Shown here one piece after another: positions 10,023-21,362 of a DNA stretch of 64,000 nucleotides. Position 1 is the stretch's first letter. Every line of letters starts with the position of its first letter. The notes below the pieces were generated by a model that made no database searches, was not told where the DNA came from, and saw only the letters and a program-made list of their open reading frames with translations. A program made the position numbers and the translations under genes. Source of the DNA: Azolla caroliniana (taxonomy: Eukaryota > Plantae > Polypodiophyta); contig JBHGNT010000003.1 of the NCBI GenBank assembly GCA_043228905.1, positions 23,994,001-24,058,000 on the forward strand, given 5' to 3'.

Positions 10023-13000
10023 TCACTTCGGCATGGGATGTCTTTCCAGTCCGACCCTCTTCCGGCACGCTTCGAGCTTGTCGGGTGTGAGCACTTTGGT
10101 CAGCGTATCTGACCCGTTCTCGTCCGTGTGGATCTTCGTCAGCACGAACTCCTGGTCTTCTATCCTTTCCCGGATCCAGTGATATCTTCGCTGGATGTGC
10201 TTCGTCCGGGAGTGATAGGCCGCATTCTTCGCAAGGTGGATGGCACTCTGACTGTCGCAGTAGAGTCGGTACTCCTCCTGCCGGATACCGAGCTCTCTAA
10301 TGAAGTCCTTCATCCATATTATTTCCTTGCCGGTTTCAAGAGCCGCCATGTACTCCGCCTCCGTGGTCGACAACGCAACCGTCTTCTGCAGCCTCGACTG
10401 CCACGAAACAGCTCCCCCTGCATACGTCATCACATACCCTGATGTGGACCGGCTGGTATCTGCATCAGCCGACATATCCGAATCGGTAAAGCCGTCGAGT
10501 TCGGGCTTACCAGAGCCGAATCGGAGACACACGTTTGCCGTGCCCTTCAGGTATCGGAGTATCCACTTGGCCGCGTTCCAGTGCTCTTTGCCAGGATTGC
10601 TCATGTACCGGCTCACCACTCCGACTGCATATCCTATGTCCGGTCTTGTACACACCATTGCGTACATCAAGCTTCCGACGGCAGAGGCATATGGTACTTT
10701 CATCATGTCCTCCTTCTCAGCCTTTGTCTTGGGGCTTTGCTTGCTGGACAACCTGCAGTTTGTCGGGAGGGTTGACCCGACCGGTCTTGCTTCCGACATG
10801 TTGAACCGGTGAAGCACCTTTGTCACGTACTTCTCCTGTGACAGCCACAACTGCTTCTTCTTCCGGTCCCGGATGATGTGCATCCCTAGTATTTGCCTCG
10901 CCGGACCCAGGTCCTTCATTGAGAAGGTTCGGTGAAGCGCTTTCTTCAGCATCCGTATCTTGACCTGGTCCCGTCCGACGATCAACATGTCGTCCACGTA
11001 CAGGAGGAGTATTAGAAAGTCTCCTCCTTCGAACTTCTTCACAAACACGCAGTGATCGGACTGCGTTTTGTGGTACCCTTCGTCGGTCATGAAAGAGTCG
11101 AACTTCCGGTACCATTGTCGGGGAGCCTGCTTCAGTCCGTAAAGGCTCTTCTTCAACCGGCATACCAGGTGCTCCTTCCCTTTCTTCTCGAATCCTTCCG
11201 GTTGCTGCATGTAGATCTCTTCTTCGAGGTCACCGTGAAGGAATGCCGTCTTCACGTCCATCTGTTCTACCTCGAGGTCCATGCTTGCCGCTATGCTCAG
11301 CATCGTCCGGATGGAGGTCATCTTCACTACCTGGGCAAATATCTTGTCGAAGTCGACGCCCTTCTTCTGTTGGAACCCCTTCACCACGATCCTGGCTTTG
11401 TATCTCGGGGAGTTTCCGGCATCTCCCGGTTTCAGCTTGAACACCCACTTGTTTCGAAGTGCCCGCTTTCCTTTCGGCAACTCCACAAGTTCATATGTGT
11501 GGTTCTCATGCAGGGAATCCATCTCCTCCTACATGGCACTTAACCACCTGCGGCTATGGGTGTCAAGCTTTGCTTCTTCAAAACTCTCCGGCTCCCCCTC
11601 GTCGGTTAGCAGCACGTGCTCTGGTTCCGGAAATCTCCGGGGGGCCCTTCTCTCTCTTAGAGGATATCTCCGTTCCGGAGCTTCGGTAACCGGCTCCTCC
11701 ATTTCCTCTTCATCCGAATCCATTTCGGGATTAGGGCCGGTTCCGGTATCAGTTTCATCTTCCTCGGCCGGTTCTGTTTCTTCACCGTCTTCGGCCGGAT
11801 CCTCGAGTGCTAACCGGTCCCTTGCCGGTCGGGACTGCTCCTCGTAGAGTTGATCCTCACCGGTCGACTTGGAGCTCTTCATCTTCTTCTCCGACTCCCA
11901 GTCGGCGAGTGTCTTGTCCTCCATGAAGATGATATCACAACTCCGGAATATCTTTTCGTCGACCGGGTCCCATACTCGGTAGCCGAACTCGTCATCGCCG
12001 TAACCGAGGAATATGCATGGCCGGGTCTTTGGATCTAGCTTTCCTCTCCGGTCCTTTGCCACATGCACATATGCGAGACACCCGAAAACCTTCAGATGCC
12101 GGTAGGATACTTCCCTGCCGGTCCACACTCTCTGCGGCGTGTCTCCGTCCAAAGGTACTGAGGGTGATCTGTTTATCACGTATGTCGCCGTCGACATTGC
12201 CTCAGCCCAAAACTCCTTGGGTAATTTCGCATGCGCCAGCATACTCCGGACCCTCTCCATTATGGTCCGGTTCATCCTCTCGGCCAGCCCGTTCAGTTCC
12301 GGTGTCTTCGGCACAGTAAACTCGAGCCGGATTCCCTTCGAGCGACAGTACTCCTTGAACTGCCCCCGGTATTCCCCTCCGTTATCCGCTCGTATCGCTT
12401 TCAGCTTCTTGCTGGATTCCCTTTCCACTCTCGCGTGGAGTTCTTTGAAGACGCACAACACTTGGTCCTTTTTCTTCAACGGTGCCGTCCACAGCTTCCG
12501 ACTGTGGTCATCAATGAATGTCACGAAGTACTGGGCTCCGCCATGTGACTTCGTTTCTACTTGACACACGTCAGTGTGCACCAACTCCAATGGTGCGCTA
12601 CGTCTCGTCGGTGGCCTTGAGTGGAAGGAGGTTCGGTTCTGTTTACCGACCAGGCAATCGGTGCACTTCTCCAGGTGCACATGCTTCACTGGAATAAGGT
12701 TGTCTTCTGCAAGCCTCTTCATCCCCTTCTCACTCATGTAACACAGTCTCTTGTGCCACAGCTCACCGGCAGTGTCGGCTGCCACGTTCAACTCATCCGG
12801 ACACAACCAGGCATTCATAAGGTAGTGTGTTGACTTTCCGGGCCCGAGCCACTATCAGGCTCCCCTTGCTGAACTTCATTACGCAGTTCCGGATGCTACC
12901 TGTGTAGCCTTCATCGTCTAGCCTCCCGGCCGAAATCAGATTCAATCGAACCTCCGGAACGTGTCGGACATCCTTCAGCAACATTTTGCATCCGGTCGAG

Positions 13001-14103
13001 GTTGTTAACCACACGTCTCCTATGCCGGCAATCCGGCACGTACCTTCATTTCCCATCCGGACACAGCCATGCTCACCGGCTGTGTAGGATGAGAAGTATC
13101 TTCTTTCCGGGGTCAGGTGGAACGACGCTCCGGAATCGACCACCCAGGTAGTCTCATCGCCGGCAATGTTTAGTTCACCTTCTTCGGTGATGAGCATGAT
13201 CTCCTCTTCACTTGCCGCGAGTGCCGTCGTTCCTTTCCGGTCCTGCCCTCGCCGATCCGAACCATTCCGGTCCGTGGCTCCCCGGTAAGCACCGTTCCGT
13301 TCCGAAGACTTCTTCGAATCGGTGTCGTCGGCTCCGTTGTCTTTTCGGTAATGCCGACAATTCTTTCGGAAGTGCCCCGGCTTCCCACAGTGGAAGCATG
13401 TGGGCCTTCCTCTTGACTGCGACCGGGTCCCCGACTTCTCCCGTCTTTGCGGACTCCGGTTCCGTTGTCTTCCCCGATCCGATTCGGTAAGGAGCATCTT
13501 CGGATCGGAGGCCAGTTCTTTATCTCTCCGACGCGCTTCTTCGTTCAAAATGCTTGTCTTTACCGTTTGTAAGGACAAGTTATCTTCGGTGCAGGAGGTG
13601 CTGAGAGTCACCACCAAGTTCTCCCAGCTTTCCGGCAATGTACACATCAGCATGATGGCTTGCATTGCATCCTCCAACGGGAACTTGATCGCCGCAAGCT
13701 GGTTCACAAATCCCATGAACGTGCTTACGTGTTCCACCATACTCTCGCCGTCCCGGTACTTGAGGTTCACTATCCTCCTCATCAGGGAGGTCCGGTTCAA
13801 CGCATTCCTCCTCTCGTAGAGGCCCGACAGCTTCTGCCACATCTCATATGCGTTGGTGTCGTTCGCCACATGTTGTAGAACGCTCACGTCGACGTATTGC
13901 CGAATGGTTGCAACGGCTTTCCGGTTCAGAAGCCTCCTTTCCGTCTCAAGTACCCCCTTGGGTATTTCCGACCTGTCGATCGGTTCATACAGGTCCCGAA
14001 CAATGAGCAGATCCTCCATCTTTATCTTCCAGTCGGCGTAGTTCTGCGCATTCAGCACCATCATCCCCGGCTGCCCGCTGCTGCCGCCTTCCATTTTCTG
14101 CAC
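10023..14103 (-). pseudogene. Copia gag-pol broken into three ORFs (12793-14103, 11529-12818, 10023-11522)
   Basis: CFHCGKPGHFRKNC knuckle; WVVDSGASFH protease; VHTDVC/FIDDHSR/DNGGEY integrase; LLYVDDML RT; TDSD...EAEY...CDSQS RNase H. Confidence 0.95.
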
Positions 14104-14110
14104 TGCAGTC

Positions 14111-14122
14111 GCTCTGATACCA
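14111..14122 (-). promoter_or_regulatory. PBS complementary to initiator tRNA-Met
   Basis: TGGTATCAGAGC, 3 nt inside the 5' LTR. Confidence 0.92.
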
Positions 14123-14125
14123 GAT

Positions 14126-14810
14126 TGTTAGGGAATCGACGCTTCCAAAAAAACTTTACCTCTCGGCCACAACCGAGGAAACACGAATCAATGCAGAAGT
14201 AAATCAAAACACAGAGAGAGACTCAAATGCACAGGGTTTAGCGTGGAAAACCCTAGACGGGAAAAACCACGGGAGTGCAAGACTCCAACTATCACTATAC
14301 GCAGGGAATGTACAATGACGAGCTGCAAGGCGACGACCTTGAGCTCGTTGTCCTCGCCACAGGCGGCGGTATTACACAGAGGCGTCGACCTCTTCCTTTC
14401 TCTCTCTCTCACTCTCTCTCTCGGCTGCTCTCACTTCGCTCCCTCTAAGTGGAAAACAGAAAAATGAGCAACAACTACAAAACTGTTTGCCCTAAGTCAT
14501 ATTTATACACATATGACTTTCGGGCTATTTACAAATATAGCCTAGAGGGCCCTTGGCAAACATATTCACAAATATGTCCCCGCATCCGGATCTCTCTCCG
14601 GGTACATTCGTCATCCGGCTCCGTAGCCGGGGTCTTCATCATCCGGCTCCGAAACCGGGTCTTCGTCATCCGGCTCCGTAGCCGGGGTCTTCATCATCCG
14701 GCTCCGAAACCGGGTCATCCGGTTCCGATACCGGGTACTCCTCATTCGGGTCTTCATTCCCGATTCCCGGACATCTGACCATCCCATCCGGAGGGACCGT
14801 AATCCCAACA
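14126..14810 (-). repeat. Copia 5' LTR (685 bp), TATA box at 14501-14507
   Basis: TG...CA termini; adjacent to PBS; TATAAAT on the minus strand. Confidence 0.93.
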
Positions 14811-17725
14811 TGAAGCGCAACGTCCCGTTCTTCTTCGGTACTGTAAACCACCAGTTCGAGTATGGGGCACTCGACGGTTCGAGGATGCCCATATCGACTT
14901 TCTGCCTCAATAGCTCCATCAGCTCCGGGATGTGAGCTCTCGGTACCGAAATTGGCTTGAGATTCCACGGCACATGCGGTACCGTGAATATCACCATCGG
15001 CTTCACGACTGTCGGGTCTACGCACCCGATCTCCCCTGGCGAGAATGTGAAGGCTTTCCCGTGCCTTCCGAGCATTCTCTGAAACCGGTCTTCTTCTGCC
15101 GGCAGTAGGAACCCGCCCCCACCGATTTTGAGCTCCCATAGCGTTCTGTCGGTGAAGGCGTGCCCTATGCAGGCCGGATCTCGTAAACTGGGTTCCAACG
15201 CGACCCCCCTGATTCGCAACTCGCTGCCCTCTGGTAAGGGTGCCGCAACTGGCCTTACCTTCCGGTCCATAGTCTTGTACTTCGTGTTAACCCGGGCCGC
15301 CCGATCCGACTCGAGCCCTCGACTGAAGTCCGCGATGACTTCGTACATCTCTTCTGAACAAACCGGTATCGTCCGGTCCTCCTTAAGGCCCTCTCCGACC
15401 ACCTCTCGCAGTATTCCCAAGGTATCGTCGAAGGAGACCGCCTCCACGGCTCCGTTGATTTCCTCGCTGGGCCCGAGAACTCCGCACGCCCGAAGTCGCT
15501 CTTCCGCCCTTGTCTTTTCTCGGCCTACGACGCCGACTATCGTACACCCTCCGTTGTCGGAGAAACAAAACTTCCTACTTATGGTACAAGGTTTCTTCGG
15601 TTTCGCCTCTATCGTACATTTGTGGGGTTTTCCCGGAGTGTCCGGATTGTCACGGCCCCACGCCTTGACAGCCCTCTCTAAAAATCCTCTCAGTTCTCAC
15701 CACCGAGGGACTCGCGGTTTCGCTCGTGGTTCGGTCTCACCGTCAGGAACTGGACCGAGTGACGCTCGTCCTAACTCTTGACCCTCGCATAAGCCGACCC
15801 GTTGTCCAGCACCTTGGTCTCCATTCGCGCTGCCGTAATGTACGGTTCTCCAAGTATCACCGGGTGCGAGGACGTCTCCTGCACAAAGAAGTGCTGGTCT
15901 ATCTCGACATTGCCGATCTTGACTCGCACGTTTGGGCAGGCCCCGTGTAGTTCCTCGGTGGCGCGCGTCGCCGCCCGTATCTTCCACCCGTGCTTGGTGT
16001 TGATCGGCCATTTCCCCTTCTTGTAGAAGTCCATGGACAACAGGTTTATTTCCGAACCGTGGTCCACCAGCGCCACCACCGGTTCCTGAACATCTCCAAT
16101 CTTCACCGGGGTTTCCGTGGTCGCTCGGGCCCAGTGTGGCCTCGAATAGTGGCTCTCCACCCACTCGTTTTCCAGCGCCATGTCCTCTATGTGCATCGTC
16201 CGCACCTCCACCGCCTTTCCGGTTCTGCCTCCGTCGACAGCCTTTTCCTCTTCACCAAGTCTACGATGGAGTCGTGGAACTCCTTCTTGGCGATTCCGAG
16301 CACCTCCCGCAACGACAGTTCCACTTTGCTGTCGAGGATTCGTTCTTCCAGGACCTTTCATAGGTCCGTGGTCCTTTCGATCTCCGTGCCCAAACGGTAT
16401 CCGCCCTTCTTGTGGTTATCCCGTGCACTGGACTCACCGGCCTCGTTCCGTTTCGGCCCGAATCGGGTTTCGTATCTCTGTGAGGGTCCGGCCCCTCCGG
16501 TTTTACCTACCCGTTTGTCTTCAACCAGAGCCTCATAGTTCTGGCAAGCTGCTTCGACGAAACCCGTCTTTTCTTCGACCGGGTCACTCCACCCGGTTAC
16601 CTCCTGGACCCACTTCTCCGCGCGGTCCGCCTCGTCTCTCTTTAGTCGGGCACCGGCGAGGCCTTCCAGCACTGTCGGCCAGAACCCGGCTTTGCTCTCC
16701 TTCCGGGCCTCGCTGCCTCCGACCCGAATACCAGCTGACGCTGAATAGTGGACGGTCTCCGCGTGCCGGGCCGCCGCCTCTTCCATCAGCCTTTTCATTC
16801 CTCCTCGCCCGTCGTTTCGGTTCAGGGCCCTCCGGGTATCGTTGCCGTGCACCCGACCTTCCCACATGCACCTACTTCCTGCCGGGGGCCGTCAGTCACG
16901 AGCCTGATCGCCGCCTTCCCTCCGAGCCTAGGCGATTTGGAGATCCTTTACCGCTCATGTCAACTCCTCTAGAGTTGTTCCCCCGGACGAGCCTCTAATC
17001 ACGCTGGTCGAAGACGAACCAGTTTCGAGCCACTCCCGAGTCTCTTCCCTTCGCGCCTGCGGTATCGGTTCGAGCTTCCTTGCTGCAATAGGTCCCGCCC
17101 CGGTCGCCTCTGTATCAGCCCACTCCCACCGTTTGTCAAAACGGCCGCAGACTCTCTTTACCGCGGCCCAGTCGGCCGTTAGCCCGTCTTCGGTTTCCAG
17201 TAAGGAGCCAACTTGCCCCGGATCCCGTGCGTCAACTGATTTGACAAATAGTAGGACACGACTTGTGTCCAGAACGGTCTGATCGAGCGCCGAAAGGCGC
17301 GCAAAGCGTTCCTCAAACTCCCGGAGGAGTACCGACGCATTTCTTCCTTTGTTGGGGGACTCCACCCACTCCATGAAGCCCCGCTTCGAAAGTCGAAGCG
17401 CGTCATCCAGCCTGTATTTCTCTAGGAGCCGTCCTTCGAACTCTTCCCAGGTCCGGCTCTCCGCCCGGACCTCGAGCACCTCCACATGGATGCCCGTCAT
17501 CGCCACTCGAGGGAATCCGACAAGACGCCTCTCTTCCGGAATATCCCTCATCAACATCTTCGCCCGGTAAGACGCCAAATAACTCGTGGCATCCTTTCCA
17601 CTAAACCGGCCAATCATACCGACGATCACCTCAATAGCCCTGTCAAGGGCGCCGGTGCCCTCGTGCGCGCTTACTATCCGGTCCACGGCTGAAGCCATGG
17701 CCTCTACAAGATCCGACCCCCTCAT
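14811..17725 (-). pseudogene. B gag-pro and pol 5' part (frameshifted); frameshift cassette at about 15622-15687
   Basis: ORFs 16955-17725, 16358-16867, 15771-16361 (DHGSE) and 14611-15447, homologous to A1/A2. Confidence 0.92.
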
Positions 17726-17748
17726 CTTCTGCTCCTCTGCCGCCTTGT

Positions 17749-17766
17749 TTCACGTCGGGTTCACCA
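17749..17766 (-). promoter_or_regulatory. tRNA-Trp PBS of B
   Basis: TGGTGAACCCGACGTGAA next to the 5' LTR. Confidence 0.85.
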
Positions 17767-17770
17767 AAGA

Positions 17771-18432
17771 TGTCGCGTTACTACGCGCGTGCGTGGAGAA
17801 ACGAGGCGGGACGACCGGGGTCTTGAACCGAAGAGCAGGTGATAGAAGGGGAAAGAGAGAGAGAGAGAGAGAGAGAGACGCCCAGTCACGTATGAGCAAA
17901 GAAACACAGGGGCACGGCCCATCAACACAGAAGACGCGAATGGACACGGAGACAGGGAGACACAAGTTTTTGTAGATTAACGAATAACAAATACACAACA
18001 GAGCACGCGAGCGGTTACAACCGAACAGGCAGGCGAACAGATGTTGATGCATGTTCGTCTGCGCACGAAAGGGGATAGGATGGAGGTGCTGCCGGAAGCA
18101 CACGGGCGTTCCTCGAAGCAGCGCGAGCCTCCCGAAAACCTGCAGAGAAGAGCAATAGAGAACAAACAGAGGAGAAGCGTTCGGTTACGGTCCGACAGCA
18201 CTTCGTCCTTCTCAATGCGTGATCCCCTTCTCCCTGTGTCCCCCTCTCTTTTATAGCTTCAGGAAGGGAGCCGTCTCCCTCATTTACTTCCTACCTGCCG
18301 AATCTAACTACCCCCGGATATGCCTATGTCCCTAATTCCCTATTATATACATTAAAGGGGCGCACACGCGTGAAGAGCCGGTTCACACGCTCTATGCACC
18401 GTTTGCGCTAAGGGACGGTTTTCTTCACGACA
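17771..18432 (-). repeat. B 5' LTR (662 bp)
   Basis: Direct repeat of 6019-6672. Confidence 0.95.
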
Positions 18433-18837
18433 CCGGTCTAGCGTCGACACCTCCCAAGTCTGGCATCCGGCCAGCACCTCGAGCACCTCCGCGTGGATGC
18501 TCGGCGTCACCACCCAAGGGAATCCGGAAAGCGGCCTATCCACCGGGATATCCCTCATGATCATTTCGGCCCGGTAAGCCTCCAAGTAACTTGTGGCGTC
18601 TTTCCCTCCGAACCGGCCTATAGAGCCGACAATCAATTCAATGGCTCTGTCGAGGGTACCCGTCCCCTCACGAGCACTTACCAGTCGGTCGACGGCTACC
18701 GCCATTGCCTCTGCTAGCTCTGATCCCCTCATCTTTTGACTCCTTTGCCGCCCTTTCACGTCGGGTTCACCAAATATGTCACGTTGTTACGCGCGTGCAT
18801 GTAGAAAGAGGCGGGACCACGGGGGTCTCGGACCAAG

Positions 18838-18868
<31 letters not shown>

Positions 18869-19438
18869 GTACACAGAGAGAGATCAAGAGCAATGAAAAC
18901 AGGAATATGACTACTATAGTCAACAGCTTACAACCGGCAACCCGGTAATGGACCCGACACGGGGTCCAACTCACGCACACCGACGACAACCACACGACTC
19001 GAAGAAACCAAGGGGAAAGGGGAAGGAGAGAGAGTCTGTTGGAAGCACATGGGTTGTCCACGAAGTAGAGGCAGCGAACTCTCGACACCTGCAGAGAACA
19101 ACGATTTCAGGAGGGGAGAGAGAGAGAGGTCCTCGGTTCTGCAACAACACTCCGTCCTCGCCAACGCGCCCCCTTTTCTCTTCCTTCTCTCCTCTTCTTA
19201 AATAGTTCCCCCCTAAAAAAGGGTGCCCCTTTCCCTAGTTAAATTGCTTTATTCCCTGTTCCTTCTGATAGAGATACGCACAATCCCCCCCCTAATAAAT
19301 GTGCACTACTTAGTATTTACATCAATTGATCCATTTATGAATCAACATCAAAATATCAATTCATGCGTCCATCCGTGTAAGAGCCGGTTCATGCGCCTTT
19401 TTGCCCGAATCCGCCTATGGCCGGTTTTCTTCGCGACA
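18433..19438 (-). mobile_element. 5' end of Ty3/gypsy copy D: gag start (ATG 18732), Trp PBS 18755-18772, 5' LTR 18777-19438
   Basis: MRGSELAEAMAVAVDRL Gag N-terminus with an internal deletion after CQTWE; LTR start TGTCGCGAAGAAAACC on the minus strand; right flank atgt runs into chromovirus gag. Confidence 0.88.
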
Positions 19439-20147
19439 ATGTCAAGGTGATCAACCAGCCTCAACATATGCAGCTAATTTTCGTCTCATCACAAGAGATA
19501 TTCCTTGGGATGAACAAGCCCTAATGGAGTAATTTCGTTCCAGTCTTCGTAGTGATGTGAAGGACTTACTTCTTACCTTCCCCGAGGATCCAAAATCACT
19601 TACAGAAGCTATTAGTCAAGTAATACGGTGTGATAATCGTCTTTTTGAGCGTCAATGTGAGCGACAACAACAAATAACAAGATCAAGATATACACCAACT
19701 TATGCATCAGTAACGATGCAATCGTCTCCAAGGCAAACATACAACCCTACTCCAACCCCAAGGCAAACATGTAGCCCAGCCCCAATGGATAGGCCGACAC
19801 CCATGGAGATCGATATGACCCAACGTCGAGGACCATTATCGGACGAAGAGAAGCAACGACGTCAAGCAAATCTTCTGTGCTTATATTGTGAGGTCTAGGA
19901 CATATAGCCGTAGGCTGAAACGTCAAGTAAATCAAATTCACTATGACAATAAAAATGCGTCCAACATTTTAGAAGCACTTAGTGATTCTAATATTATGAA
20001 TAATCCATCCTTGTCCAATAGGTTTGAAGTCCTAAGCCAATTAGAAGAGGAGTCAAACGAATAAGTCCGGCCAAAATAGGAGCCATTTAGTTGGACAACC
20101 CTAGCTCTGTACAACCTAGTGTAGGTTCCATTTCATCCAGCCTTTTC
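19439..20147 (+). pseudogene. gag: Gag 3' part of chromovirus E (decayed)
   Basis: VKDLLLTFPEDPKSLTEAISQVIRCDNRLFER...PTPMEID...GPLSDEEKQRRQANLLCLYC, typical of chromovirus Gag; sequence resumes at about 42474. Confidence 0.8.
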
Positions 20148-20231
20148 TGTTATTAACCGTTCGGTTGTAGCAAGGAGTGCGGGCGACTTTGTGATATAGT
20201 AAATAATGTAATAGTAAAAGAAGAGATTATA

Positions 20232-20236
<5 letters not shown>

Positions 20237-20275
<39 letters not shown>
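20237..20275. repeat. (GA)n microsatellite near the PLE 3' end
   Basis: About 19 AG units. Confidence 0.95.
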
Positions 20276-20277
<2 letters not shown>

Positions 20278-20306
20278 CAATAAGTTTTCATTAAAATGAA
20301 AGGAAA

Positions 20307-20361
20307 GACCTTATGCAGCAAACTAGTTTCGCTCGTTTAGAGCTCATCAGTGCAAAAGGTC
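20307..20361 (-). ncRNA. Minimal type I hammerhead ribozyme motif
   Basis: Minus strand GACCUU-UU-GCA CUGAUGA GCUC-UAAAC-GAGC GAAA C-UA-G UU / UGC-UGCAU-AAGGUC: full core, 4-bp stem II, palindromic stem III, interrupted stem I. Confidence 0.85.
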
Positions 20362-20769
20362 ATGGAAATACAAATGGTGGTTTATATAGGATGTTGAGAA
20401 TGGGGAAGGGAGGAGAAAGAGGGAAAGTATAATCATAGTGAGTGGGGTGTAATAAGAGTGTAAATAGATGGAAGGCTGTAAGGATTTAAGGTGGAAGATC
20501 TTGATGATAGGGGGGGTGGTGATAAAGGGGGAAATGAGTTGGTGATAGGAAGATTGATAGGGTGATAAGACAGATGAGTGAGTGGGATATGGTGATAAGG
20601 GGAAATGAATGAGTGATAGGGTATGTAATTATAAGTAAGTAAATATAAGATGGTGAGAAGGTGAAAATTAAGGAAGGGAATAAGAAGGGAAAGGAAGGAA
20701 AATGAAAAAGGAAGTTAGTAAGAGGTGGTGGGGAGAAGGTTTGAGGGAAACGAGGGAAGAGAGAGAGTG

Positions 20770-20825
20770 TATAAAAAGGTAGTGAGAGGTATAGGGGAGG
20801 GGGAAGGGAGAGAAAGAGAGAGAGA

Positions 20826-20860
<35 letters not shown>

Positions 20861-21320
20861 GGAATGAGTAAAGATATGAAATAGTAGTAAGGGGGAGAGA
20901 GAGAGAGAGCTATGGATTTTAGTGAAACGTGTAGAAAAAGGTAGTGAGAGGTATAGGGGAGGGGGAAGGGAGAAGGGAGAAAAAAGGGAGAGAGAACTAT
21001 GGATTTGAGTAAAGATATGAAATAGTAGTAAGGGGGAGAGAGAGAGAGAACTATGGATTTTAGTGAAACGTGTAGAAAAAGGTAGTGAGAGGTATAGGGG
21101 AGGGGGAAGGGAGAAGGGAGAAAAAAGGGAGAGAGACGGGGAGAGAGAGAGAGAAGGAATGAGTGAAGATATAAAATAGTAGTAAGGGAGGGAGAGAGAG
21201 AGAGAGAGAGAAATATAGATTTTAGTGAAATATAAGGGAACGATAGGGGAGTATAGATAGGAGGGAAGGGGAAAAAGGAGATGTGTGTGACTAGTAAATA
21301 GTAGTAAGGGGGAAGGAGGG
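20770..21320. repeat. Purine-rich (plus strand) tandem array of 3-4 units of about 140-165 bp in the PLE 3' UTR
   Basis: Recurring aaaaaggtagtgagaggtataggggaggggg and aaatagtagtaagggg blocks separated by (GA)n. Confidence 0.85.
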
Positions 21321-21362
21321 AGGAACGAGGAAGGGGGATAGATGAAGGGTGAGAAAATATGT

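Larger units (their letters stand above)
9363..14810 (-). mobile_element. Ty1/copia LTR retrotransposon (Tnt1/Tork-like), complete, inserted in the RT of B
   Basis: LTRs 9363-10012 and 14126-14810 (TGTT...AACA); 5-bp TSD tgaag (9358-9362, 14811-14815); iMet PBS; PPT GAAGGGGGAG; domain order gag-PR-INT-RT-RH. Confidence 0.97.
6019..18432 (-). mobile_element. Full-length decayed Ty3/gypsy copy B (same lineage, different LTR), interrupted by a copia
   Basis: Paired LTRs 6019-6672 and 17771-18432; 4-bp TSD ccgg (6015-6018, 18433-18436); Trp PBS; PPT AGGTGGGGGCGGA. Confidence 0.95.

Noticed and set aside
20148-20240. Telomeric repeats at the PLE end, as in Athena/Coprina elements
   Set aside because: No TTTAGGG/CCCTAAA array at either junction.
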